This document shows, one piece after another, positions 9,870 through 19,247 of a DNA stretch of 64,000 nt. The first letter of the stretch is position 1. The number at the start of each line of letters is the position of its first letter. This DNA comes from an uncultured delta proteobacterium (GTDB lineage: Bacteria; Desulfobacterota; Desulfobacteria; Desulfobacterales; QNYZ01), in NCBI GenBank assembly GCA_963845145.1, contig CAWJQU010000001.1:96001-160000 (forward strand). Direction: 5' to 3'. Below the pieces are notes generated by a model that was not told where the DNA came from, searched no databases, and was given only the letters and a program-made list of their open reading frames with translations. The translations under genes and the position numbers were made by a program.

Positions 9870-10837
9870 TTAGTCAACAAGCTTGAGCGTGTTCTGTCGT
9901 TGCCGGTTGACGGTCAGTTGGGTCACGTCCGGCCGGGCATAATGGCCTGCCGGATCGAAATTTTGTCGCTCTTTAAAGACGGCTTGGTAATCAAGCGCGG
10001 CCACGATCAGTTTTTCCTTATCGACCACCGGCTCAACCACCCATTCCCCATCCGGGCCGGCAATACAAGACCCACCATTGGCCAACATTTCCGGACATTT
10101 CTTTAAAATCGCCTCCAAATAGGGCGTTTCCGGCGGAAAATCGCTTTTACGCATCAAACCGGACACGGACACCACATAGGAACGCGCCTCTCTGGCTATG
10201 AAGCGGCTGATATCATTGGTGTTTTGAATTCCCCCGGGCCAGATGGCGATATGCAAATCTTCTCCCTGGCCATACAGTGCGGCACGTGCAAGCGGCATCC
10301 AGTTTTCCCAGCAATTGAGTCCGCCCACAGTAAATGGCCCCAAGGGATGAACCCGAAGCCCGTGCCCGTCTCCTGGCGCCCAGGTCAAACGTTCTTCGTA
10401 AGTGGGCATCAGTTTACGATGAACGGAGCGGATAGCCCCACTGGGGTCTATGTAAACCAATGCCGCGTAAATGCTGTGCCCGCCCCGGTCTAATGGTCGC
10501 TCGATGCAACCTAACACAACGGCAATCTGTTGGTCTGCTGCGGCTTCACACAAACGGTTGAGATGTCCGGCTTCAATTTGAACAGCGTGCTGCATATAAT
10601 GCGCATGAATTTCTTTCTGGCAAGAAGAATTGAACTGTGCCCCGTCCGTAAGTCCAATCCAGAATGGATAACCCGGTAATAGGGCCTCGCCGAAGACAAC
10701 CAGTTGGCACCCCTCTTTTGCAGCCGAGTGGTACATATTCAATGATTTTATCGAGTGTTCGCTCACGGTTTAGCCATACCGGAGAAATTTGGGCCATACC
10801 GACGTGTGAGACTATCCAAATCTTCAGAATTTGACAT
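9870..10837 (-). CDS. Nitrilase (carbon-nitrogen hydrolase); two +1 frameshifts near 10804 and 10731
   Basis: FGEALLPGYP, HRKLMPTYEER, LNCWEN (E-K-C triad); restored N-terminus MSNSEDLDSLTVGMAQISPVWLNR. Confidence 0.85.
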
Positions 10838-11087
10838 TTCGATATTTCCTTTCGCTGCTTTCTCTCATAAACGAAGTACATGACAAGGGCTGATATTGCC
10901 AAAGAGACTTTACTATCTCCAAAGGGAGGCCCAAATATATTGACGGCATTGACCAAGAGCAGAATCGTAACGAAGATACCCATGCCGTATTTTCCGATAA
11001 GGGTAAAATTCCAGTGAGTGATTCGTTATGCCCTTTTATTATGAAATTTATCATTCTTCCCGCCTAAAGAGTGATAAAATGACTCGA

Positions 11088-11282
11088 TTAATCAGGGTAT
11101 TTATCTGAGCATAGTTTACCACCAGCCCCCCAATTTTCTTTTTTTATTTCATCAATCACCATATAAATGGAACTCTCTTCACAATTAGTAATACGAGCCA
11201 TTTCTTTGGTAAACGTTTCAACAAGTTCTCTCTTTTGTTCTACCGTTCTTCCTTCCCACATTTCAATTCTAATAATCGGCAT
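11088..11282 (-). CDS. 4-oxalocrotonate tautomerase family protein
   Basis: N-terminal Pro, GRTVEQKRELV, ENWGAGG. Confidence 0.9.
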   Translation of the reverse strand: MPIIRIEMWEGRTVEQKRELVETFTKEMARITNCEESSIYMVIDEIKKENWGAGGKLCSDKYPD

Positions 11283-11314
11283 TTTCTAATCCTGTAATTA
11301 TTAATTTTGTTTAC

Positions 11315-12565
11315 TTAGGCATCGTTCGCGTTTTTAACATCCCCTTCCGGCTCACCACGAGGATCAAGCGTGCCGACCATGGGAGAGGTCTTCGGTATGG
11401 CAACATACGGCACCTCATCTTCGATTTTACTTGGGAGTTTTTTCCGAAATATCCACGCTGCTACGCCCAGACTGCCTCCGCAAATGGCAGTAAAGTAATA
11501 GAGTCCCCAGGGACCGATCATGGTGATCATTAAAGATGCCAGCACGGGGCCAAAGCATGCGCCCAATCCAAAAAATAGGATCAGGGCGCCGCTGACTGGA
11601 ACGATGTCTTCTTTCTGAATATTGTCCTGGGCACGGGCCATGGCGACCGGATAAATGGTAAAGACCACCCCGAAGCAGACCGTTAGAAAAAGCAGGACAC
11701 TCAGACTTATCGCGCCCAGAATGGCGATCGAGATACTGGCAATCATCGCCAGAAAGCCCGCTAAAGACATAACGGTCAGTCGGTCGAGGCGGTCTGACAA
11801 TAGGCCCACAGGCCATTGAAACAGCAACCCGGCCCAAATGGTAAGGCTCATAAACCATGACACCTGGTGAATTTGAAGACCGATTTCCAGGGCAAACATG
11901 GGCCCCATGGCGTAGAATGAACTATTAATCAATCCGGCGATGAAACTGCCCACCATACTGAATGGCGCCAGTTGAAAAAGCTTAACCAGGTTGTATCGAG
12001 GCACTTTAAGAGGTTGGGGATGGACGGCCCGGGTGATGGAAATGGGTACCAGGCACATGGCAAACACGATCCCGGCAATCATGAATATACTTTTCCCCTG
12101 CACATCGCTGACGTTTAAAAGAAACTGACCGCTTCCATTCCCGAAATAGACCAAGATCATATATATGGACAAAAGCCGCCCACGAAAGGTGGGGTCCACC
12201 TTCTCATTCAGCCAGCTTTCAATCACGATAAACAGGCCCGTTATGCACAGCCCATTGCAAATACGCAAAAAAGCCCAAACCCAGGGACCCATATAAATAC
12301 CGTACATCAAGGCGATGGCCGTCAATACGGCGGCAAACACGGCAAAGGCCCGAATATGCCCTACCCGGTGCACGATGGGTTGGCAGAGAAAAATGCCCAA
12401 CACGATACCCAGGTAATTGCCCGACATGACCAACCCGATGACTTGTTCGGAATAGCCATTAAGGCTCATATTGACGCTGAGCAGGCTGTTCAACAAACCA
12501 CCGCCCATTGTGAGAATGGTGGTGGCTAAAAGGGGAGCCAAAAAGGATTTAATGGTGGCTAACAT
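11315..12565 (-). CDS. MFS transporter (YcaD-like)
   Basis: RVGHIRAFA, IESWLNE, QWPVG.LSDR.DR; about 12 TM helices. Confidence 0.9.
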   Translation of the reverse strand: MLATIKSFLAPLLATTILTMGGGLLNSLLSVNMSLNGYSEQVIGLVMSGNYLGIVLGIFLCQPIVHRVGHIRAFAVFAAVLTAIALMYGIYMGPWVWAFLRICNGLCITGLFIVIESWLNEKVDPTFRGRLLSIYMILVYFGNGSGQFLLNVSDVQGKSIFMIAGIVFAMCLVPISITRAVHPQPLKVPRYNLVKLFQLAPFSMVGSFIAGLINSSFYAMGPMFALEIGLQIHQVSWFMSLTIWAGLLFQWPVGLLSDRLDRLTVMSLAGFLAMIASISIAILGAISLSVLLFLTVCFGVVFTIYPVAMARAQDNIQKEDIVPVSGALILFFGLGACFGPVLASLMITMIGPWGLYYFTAICGGSLGVAAWIFRKKLPSKIEDEVPYVAIPKTSPMVGTLDPRGEPEGDVKNANDA

Positions 12566-12679
12566 GGTGTTTGTTTGCGCCCAATAAGGGTCTAAAAAGT
12601 CGGGATAATGTCACCGAAAAAAGAGAGGGTCAAGATAAATTCGTGAAGAAATAATGTATTTATTGGTGGATAGCAAAAC

Positions 12680-13285
12680 TCACCGAGGCATCATACCTTC
12701 AACCATCGTCCGTGTTGTAAAATCGGCTAAATACGCCATGTCAATTTCATGGTGGATCTGCTTATCAATCATCAGGGTTGCCAGCCCGTGCACAGCTGCC
12801 CAGGCGACATAGGCCAGGTTAAGGGGATCTCCAGGTATAAATTTTTTTTCTTTTTGGCCTTTTTTAATGGTCTCCACGAGTAGATCAAAGACATTGTCAC
12901 CGGCTTGTTCCAGGTCTGGATCGATGTCATGGGTATCTGCGCCACAGGTAGCCATCAATCGATAATAGGTTGGGTTATCTTTGGCAAACTGCACGTAAGC
13001 AACGCCCATCTGTTGAAATTGACCGATGGTATCATTCCTGACTTTCTGCATGGCTGCTATCACTTTTTTTAAAAGACGCTTAAAGCCCTCCTCGGCAACA
13101 GCCGCCAGCAATGTTGATTTATCCGCGAAGTGACGATACGGCGCCGTACGGGAAACACCAATGCGCTCACTCAAGCCCCGTAGGGTGAGGTTGTCGATGC
13201 CTTCTTCCGCGATGATTTCAGCCGCCACGTTTAGCAGCGCGGCCCGTAAATCACCATGGTGGTATGGCGCGGTTTTTTTTCCCAT
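12680..13285 (-). CDS. TetR family regulator (WHG-type C-terminus)
   Basis: YHHGDLRAALL, LTLR...GVS.TAPYRHF.DK, WAAVHG. Confidence 0.92.
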   Translation of the reverse strand: MGKKTAPYHHGDLRAALLNVAAEIIAEEGIDNLTLRGLSERIGVSRTAPYRHFADKSTLLAAVAEEGFKRLLKKVIAAMQKVRNDTIGQFQQMGVAYVQFAKDNPTYYRLMATCGADTHDIDPDLEQAGDNVFDLLVETIKKGQKEKKFIPGDPLNLAYVAWAAVHGLATLMIDKQIHHEIDMAYLADFTTRTMVEGMMPR

Positions 13286-13307
13286 GGCTAAAAAATTAAC
13301 ACCCCAT

Positions 13308-13355
13308 GTTGACAATGTCAACTTTAGTTGGCATATTAATGTTGACGTCGTCAAC
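13308..13355. promoter_or_regulatory. Two GTTGAC-N3-GTCAAC palindromes (putative TetR operators)
   Basis: Perfect palindromes at 13308-13322 and 13341-13355 between divergent tetR and oxidoreductase genes. Confidence 0.75.
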
Positions 13356-13392
13356 ATTGCATAAAATTAAACATAATAAAAAGGGGCATCCC

Positions 13393-13968
13393 ATGAAAAA
13401 AATTCTGTTAATACTTGGCCACCCCCGCAAAGAGAGCCTGTGCGGCGCCATTGCCGAACAATACCAATCCGGCGCCAAGCAAGCCGGACATACCATCGAA
13501 TCGGTCCATCTGGGAACCCTTGAATTCGACCCGATTCTCTGGCAAGGATATGAGCGTATGCCGCCGCTTGAACCCGATCTTGTAAAAGCCCAACAACAAA
13601 TTACCTGGGCCGATCATCTGGTGTTTGTTTACCCCACCTGGTGGGGAGGACTGCCGGCCTTGCTAAAAGGATTCGTCGATCGCGTTTTTTTGCCGGAGTT
13701 CGCCTTCAGATATAGAGAAGGATCGGCCTTTTGGGATCGACTGTTAACCGGAAAAAGCGCCCATTTGATCGTGACAATGGATTCTCCTCCCTGGTATTAT
13801 CGATGGATCAGCCGGATGCCCGGACATAACCAGATGAAAAAGACGATTTTAGGATTTTCGGGTATAAAACCGGTCAAAGTGACTTCGTTCGGCTCAGTCA
13901 AAGCGTCAAACAGGAACCAGAGGGAAAAGTGGTTGACTGCTGCGAAACACTTAGGTGAAATAGTTTGA
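13393..13968 (+). CDS. NAD(P)H-dependent oxidoreductase, flavodoxin-like fold
   Basis: ILGHP...S, WADHLVFVYPTWWGGLPALLKGFVDRV. Confidence 0.92.
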   Translation: MKKILLILGHPRKESLCGAIAEQYQSGAKQAGHTIESVHLGTLEFDPILWQGYERMPPLEPDLVKAQQQITWADHLVFVYPTWWGGLPALLKGFVDRVFLPEFAFRYREGSAFWDRLLTGKSAHLIVTMDSPPWYYRWISRMPGHNQMKKTILGFSGIKPVKVTSFGSVKASNRNQREKWLTAAKHLGEIV

Positions 13969-14071
13969 CGATATTGTTGATTTTGGAATTATCACTTTCT
14001 TTTTACCCGATTTTTATCTAATGTCATTGGTAGTGATAACCGTGCCTTTCACATAAAATCCAGGAGGTATC

Positions 14072-14908
14072 ATGGATGCTGATGTGTTAAAATTACTACC
14101 CAATTTTTTGAAAACCCTCGGCATTGACGAAGAACCCATGGGGCTTTTTTACACAGATGAAAAACCCGGCGAAGGATTTTCCCCCAAGCCCATGGACCTG
14201 CCCACCCGGGAAAAAGAGATGCAAAACGACATTGACTGGCAGGCCATATTCGGCCAGTTTTCCTGCGCCATCGGGCATATTTGGCGGGCCCGCAAAAAAA
14301 AGACAGCGGCCTATTTTTCGGCCAAACAATTCGGCTGTCCGGGTGGGGCCTTCTGGCTCGGGTTTAACAAACCCCAGGCGGAAACCATTATCAATTATGT
14401 CTCCACAGGCATTCCAGGTTGGAGCGAGGGAGAGCTTTACTGCGAGTCACCGGATGCCCTAAGACGTATTTTTGAATATGTGGACCCGAGACCCGCGCCC
14501 GGGAAATATTGCGTTATTCAACCGCTGTCTCTTTTTAAGACGGGTGAAACACCGGAGCTGGTTCTCTTCTTCCTCCGGCCGGAAGCCCTTACCGGGCTTC
14601 ACCAGCTGGCCGCGTTTGTGACCAACGATCCGGAAGTGGTGGCATCGCCGTGGAGCGCCGGATGCGGCAGCCTGGCGGTATGGCCCCTGCATTATCTGGC
14701 CAAAAAACAAAACAAAGCCGTCCTGGGGGGGTGGGACCCGTCGGCCCGGAAATTTTACAAAACCGACGAACTCTCCTTCACTGTCCCTTTTCGAATGTTT
14801 ACCGATATGCTCGTTCGTTACAAGGAGTCTTTTTTGAAAAATAAGGTATGGTCAACCGTTCAGAAAAAAATAGACCGGAGCAAAAAAGCCTGGGGTGAGA
14901 CGCTGTAA
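14072..14908 (+). CDS. DUF169 family protein
   Basis: GCPGG..W.G, PELVLFF.RPE.L.GL, SAGCGS, DEL.FTVP. Confidence 0.7.
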   Translation: MDADVLKLLPNFLKTLGIDEEPMGLFYTDEKPGEGFSPKPMDLPTREKEMQNDIDWQAIFGQFSCAIGHIWRARKKKTAAYFSAKQFGCPGGAFWLGFNKPQAETIINYVSTGIPGWSEGELYCESPDALRRIFEYVDPRPAPGKYCVIQPLSLFKTGETPELVLFFLRPEALTGLHQLAAFVTNDPEVVASPWSAGCGSLAVWPLHYLAKKQNKAVLGGWDPSARKFYKTDELSFTVPFRMFTDMLVRYKESFLKNKVWSTVQKKIDRSKKAWGETL

Positions 14909-14927
14909 ATCATACCTCCGCATTTAA

Positions 14928-15081
14928 GATGACATCGAAAAAAGTCATCAAAAGGGATGGCAAAGTAAAAAGGCCAAGTTCAAGGCGCCGCGAATCCCGT
15001 GTGGTGAGGCGTACTTTTCGTACGCCGCAATCACGACGGGATGAAGCGCAACGCAGTAATTGGGCTTTTTACGAAGCCATC
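14928..15081. repeat. ~155-bp dispersed palindromic repeat, copy 1
   Basis: Near-identical to 52516-52671; GATGGCAAAGTAAAAAG...CTTTTTACGAAGCCATC and internal GGCGTAC/GTACGCC. Confidence 0.85.
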
Positions 15082-15245
15082 ATTTTAGCCGATTCATGCT
15101 GCATGTCACCTTCGGTGTAAGTACGGCAAGTAAATTGGGTTCTGGTTGGGGCCAGTAAGCGGGTCTTTTCACTTGACCCCATGATCATTGAGACTACGGG
15201 GTCCTTCCAAACCCTGGGCCTTCGGGTTTAATCGAAGGCCACTGC

Positions 15246-17717
15246 TTAAAAAACCATAAATCCCCCATCATCCATTAACCCCGGCACCGGAACCAGCGGG
15301 ACCCCGTCATCATCGACAGCACCGTTCGCAGGCCATCTAAAATCGACATCCATCTGTTGAAAGTAGTCGAAGTTGTAAGGGGTCAAGCGGACATGGATCT
15401 CCTCATTCTTGCGAATCAACTTGGATGTTAACCCAAAATCGACCTCGCCCATAGGAGTAGCAATAATATAGCGCGGAATCTCCCGGCCACTGCCGTCTTT
15501 TCGAACCCGTCCGGCGATGTCGATCACATGGGCCACATTAATCGGACCAGCGGTGCGTAAATGGCCATCTTGAATGGGTAAGCCGGCCAGGTAGAGATGG
15601 TGAAATTCGATACCTGCAGTTCTCAATTGGTAGGCAAGCTGATTGATACAGTCGGGAGAGTCATTGATGTCCGCCAAAAGGGGCGTGTTGTTATAGACAG
15701 TAATCCCTTTGTTGCGCAGTTTTTCCGCCAAAACGGCGTGTTCCGGGTGAATTTCAGCCCCATGGAAAAACTGGGTTTCGATCTCCAGGCGTAAGGGATT
15801 CGCCACAGTCAGATGGTTCAATGATCCCAGAAGGTCGATGGCGCCCAGCGTGTACCGTGATGGATCGCTGTTGAATTTAAAACTGCGCAATCGCACGGCA
15901 TTGATATGATGGATAGCACGCAAGGCGTGAATGATGGTGGATATCCGAGGCAATGAATCCACGGCATCGCCCTCCCCGGACAGGACGACATCGGTTATTT
16001 TAGTATGGGTTTTAAGATACGAGAAGTCATCGTTAAATCGGTCCGGGTCGATTTCCACACGGGTTTCATGCACGCGATCAACTCCCGGCGTACCGGTATG
16101 CACGATAGATCGGCCGGTGCGCTGATCATTTAGCGCCTGTGCCCTTAACCGTGCCAGTGCATCCGCGTCGGTTTTCAGGTTTTTCGGCGAAACAGGTTGG
16201 CGTTCGCCAATAAACAAGGCATCATCGCCGATATCGGCCATATAGCGCACGTCAAACGTTCCTTCGGCGTTGACCGAGAGAATATCGAGCTCATTGGCGG
16301 TGGGCGCGAAGGCCTTAAAGTAGTCCGGCGTGTATGGGGTCCGAAGCCATATAAAATGGTCGTTATCCGGGTCTTTTTTGATGGCCCAGCCGCTGGAGTT
16401 CCAGTCCATTTTTCCGATGGGCGTCGCGGTGCAAGTCCTGGGGATAATCCGGTCGGACAGATGGGCCCGCAGATAGGTAGCCACTTCCAACCCTCTGTTG
16501 AGCGGCGTCCAATAAATGCTGTTGCCGTGAATGGGGCTACACGGAATGTAGAGATAGTGCAACTCGGCCCCGGCCCCCCGAAGCAGGCCAAACAGCCGCA
16601 CCAGTTCCGGGCCGGTATCATTGCAATCTTTTAAAAAAGGCGTCTGAATATAGACGGCGATTCCGGAATTGACCAGGTCGGTGATAATATCGAGGCTTTG
16701 GGGTGACACTTCATCGGGATGGATAAAATGGGTGGCCACCTCGATCCGTTTACCTGAAAGCTGCGCCTCGCTGTTTTTGGCCTTTAAAAATTTCATCAAT
16801 GAGCGGTTTTTGGCGTAAAACAGGTTCGGATAATAGGCAATCGATCTCGTGGCCAGTCGCAAGGTTTGCACATGGGGGATTTTAAGCAGCCCGTCGACGG
16901 CACACCCCAGATTGGTTCGATTCATAAAGGGATCGCCGCCGGTAAGAACGATCTCCTTAACCGTTGGTGTGCGAGCGATGTAGTCAACCGCCTTTTTAAC
17001 GTCCGCCTTCGTAGGGTTGGTCTGGTCCCGGGATTCCTTATGTTTGCGAAAACAAAAACGGCAATAGACCGGACAACTCATGTTCAATAAAAAGATGACC
17101 CGGTTTTGGTACATCTGCTCTAACAATCCCTGATGAAACTGGCCGATCCAGGTGTTGACGTGACCGATCTGGTCCAGCTCTTCTAGAAATGGTAAGTATT
17201 GGTAAGCCACGTCCGCAGAGACCCGCATCTGGCGAATGACATGGCTCGACAGCCGGACCGGAAACGTATCTAAAACCGCCTGCATATCATCGTGATGCTC
17301 ATCGAGAACCGTAACGCCGGTAAGCGCTTGAAGCTGTTCCACGGAACGAACGCTGGTGAATCGCTCGCCGGGTAAGGTCTTTTCTAAAACGGCCATGAGC
17401 AACAGGTGAGGGATTGGCACACCACCGACCTGAATGGCCGTTTGTTTCGGCTCGGTCATATTATCCAGTTGCCGGATCAGATCTCCGCAAAAACCATCGG
17501 GATCATTAGCGTACCCGGTGGCGGACAATAGTCTTTCCCATTTATGCTCCCCCGCACCGTCACCGATTATTTGATAAAATACTTTTCCCACCAGAGCGGG
17601 TGTACCGTAATACGCTAAAAAATCGATAATCGTTGCCACGGTCTCATCGCCCGAAAGCATCGTTTTATGGATATTTTGCATGGGGCTGCCGGTAGCTGCG
17701 GAATGGTTTGCGGTCAT
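15246..17717 (-). CDS. Tandem (two-domain) KamA-family radical SAM aminomutase-like protein
   Basis: CPVYCRFCFRK, LTGGDP, THFIHPDE, QTPFLK..ND, TPIGK in domain 1; LSGEGD, ETQFFH..E, NTPLL..IND, TPMGE in domain 2; AAGGAG before the ATG at 17717. Confidence 0.88.
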   Translation of the reverse strand: MTANHSAATGSPMQNIHKTMLSGDETVATIIDFLAYYGTPALVGKVFYQIIGDGAGEHKWERLLSATGYANDPDGFCGDLIRQLDNMTEPKQTAIQVGGVPIPHLLLMAVLEKTLPGERFTSVRSVEQLQALTGVTVLDEHHDDMQAVLDTFPVRLSSHVIRQMRVSADVAYQYLPFLEELDQIGHVNTWIGQFHQGLLEQMYQNRVIFLLNMSCPVYCRFCFRKHKESRDQTNPTKADVKKAVDYIARTPTVKEIVLTGGDPFMNRTNLGCAVDGLLKIPHVQTLRLATRSIAYYPNLFYAKNRSLMKFLKAKNSEAQLSGKRIEVATHFIHPDEVSPQSLDIITDLVNSGIAVYIQTPFLKDCNDTGPELVRLFGLLRGAGAELHYLYIPCSPIHGNSIYWTPLNRGLEVATYLRAHLSDRIIPRTCTATPIGKMDWNSSGWAIKKDPDNDHFIWLRTPYTPDYFKAFAPTANELDILSVNAEGTFDVRYMADIGDDALFIGERQPVSPKNLKTDADALARLRAQALNDQRTGRSIVHTGTPGVDRVHETRVEIDPDRFNDDFSYLKTHTKITDVVLSGEGDAVDSLPRISTIIHALRAIHHINAVRLRSFKFNSDPSRYTLGAIDLLGSLNHLTVANPLRLEIETQFFHGAEIHPEHAVLAEKLRNKGITVYNNTPLLADINDSPDCINQLAYQLRTAGIEFHHLYLAGLPIQDGHLRTAGPINVAHVIDIAGRVRKDGSGREIPRYIIATPMGEVDFGLTSKLIRKNEEIHVRLTPYNFDYFQQMDVDFRWPANGAVDDDGVPLVPVPGLMDDGGFMVF

Positions 17718-17936
17718 CACTGGCTCCTTTACCCTAACGTTGCATAAATCAACCTTGGGCCTTTGTCCCCCCATATGGGATGCTTCCCTACCTGTCAACC
17801 CCATAGGTACTAACATTTGCCCTGCCCAAACAGTTCATTGGATAGCGTTTCGATTACGAAGGGCTTTTAGGTTCCTATAGGGTTATAGTGCGAATAAAAC
17901 GGTTTTGGGTCAATTTGTATGGAACGTTAGGGGTAA

Positions 17937-19247
17937 TTAAGACTGCTTATTTTTCAGGCAAAAGGATAATAACTCCATGGTATGTAAGACTTTAACGGCC
18001 CGGTCTTCCCTTTGGATGCCATCCGTCAGTTGTATCATACACCCCGGGCATCCGGTGGCCACCGCGCTGGCTCCGGTTGCAAGAATCGTTTCCGTCTTGT
18101 GCGCTAATATTTTCAAGGACGCATCCGCATGGGTCACACCGTACAATCCTCCGGATCCACAGCAAATTTCGGGCGCCATCATTTCAATGTAGCGATCGCC
18201 GGTGATCAATTTGAGTAGCTCCCGGGGTTCTTTGTAGATACCCTGTCCTTTCCTTAGATGACAAGGGTCGTGATAGGTGACGGTTTTCGGATATTGCCTT
18301 TCAAGGTGCGCGGAGATCACTTCAGGGCCAATTTTTTTGATCAGGTATTCCGATATATCGTAAGTCCGGCGGGCGACATTTACGGCTTTAGCCGACCATT
18401 GGGGATCGTCTGCTAATAGTTCGCCGTATTTCTTTTTAAGCATGTATCCGCCCGAAGAACAGACGGTGACGATATCGTCATCGCTGTCACCGGCGGTGAG
18501 AGCCTCTATGTTGCGGCGTGCCAGGACAAGAGCGGTCTGAAGATCACCACTGGCCTCTACGGGGGCGCCGCAACACGCCTGGGTTTTGGGTACGCAAACA
18601 TCGACCCCGAGCGCGTTCAGAACACCGACTGTTTTTTCCGCAATACCCGTGAAGATATAGTTGGATGCGCAGCCCGTAAAAAAAAGAACACGCGTCTGAC
18701 ATTGCGCAGCCGGGAAGAAATCTGGCGATGTGTTGCGAAACGAATGCCGGGCAAAATGTGGGACGTAACGATCTTTATCGATCAGCGGTAATGGGAATCG
18801 GCGTTTGAGGCCACTGCTGTCGGGTATCCGCTTAAAGAGAAGACGTTGCATAGCGGATCCGCTTTGAAACATAAAATCCCCGACGCCTCGGCTGGCTTGT
18901 AAAACACCGAATAACAGCTGCTTAAAAAACGGCACCCCGCGATCGATGTTCAGATCGGCTCTTGCGGAGGTGACGATTTTATCCACCCGTACGCCACTGC
19001 CGCAGTTTTCTACGCAGGAAAGGCAAAGGATACAGTTGTTCAATACATCGAAATACGTATCGGTCTTCTGTAGATCCCGATTTAAAACCGCTTCTGCCAA
19101 TGCCAGCTTTCCCCGGGCGGCAAACTTCTCCTCACCGGTTTCCCGATATACCGGACAAACGCCGCAACATTCGCCGCATTTCGCACATTTTTCAAGTTCC
19201 TGGCGAACCCGGTCCAATAGCACATTTTTCGAGACGGAGGCTTTCAT
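17937..19247 (-). CDS. glcF: GlcF-like Fe-S oxidoreductase subunit (two 4Fe-4S motifs plus CCG domains)
   Basis: CAKCGECCGVCP, CILCLSCVENC, CCGAP, YHDPCHL, CCGSGG, CPGC. Confidence 0.85.
   Translation of the reverse strand: MKASVSKNVLLDRVRQELEKCAKCGECCGVCPVYRETGEEKFAARGKLALAEAVLNRDLQKTDTYFDVLNNCILCLSCVENCGSGVRVDKIVTSARADLNIDRGVPFFKQLLFGVLQASRGVGDFMFQSGSAMQRLLFKRIPDSSGLKRRFPLPLIDKDRYVPHFARHSFRNTSPDFFPAAQCQTRVLFFTGCASNYIFTGIAEKTVGVLNALGVDVCVPKTQACCGAPVEASGDLQTALVLARRNIEALTAGDSDDDIVTVCSSGGYMLKKKYGELLADDPQWSAKAVNVARRTYDISEYLIKKIGPEVISAHLERQYPKTVTYHDPCHLRKGQGIYKEPRELLKLITGDRYIEMMAPEICCGSGGLYGVTHADASLKILAHKTETILATGASAVATGCPGCMIQLTDGIQREDRAVKVLHTMELLSFCLKNKQS

Noticed and set aside
14929..15120. 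63-aa ORF and the similar 60-aa ORF at 52589-52771
   Set aside because: Both are translations of the same non-coding palindromic repeat.
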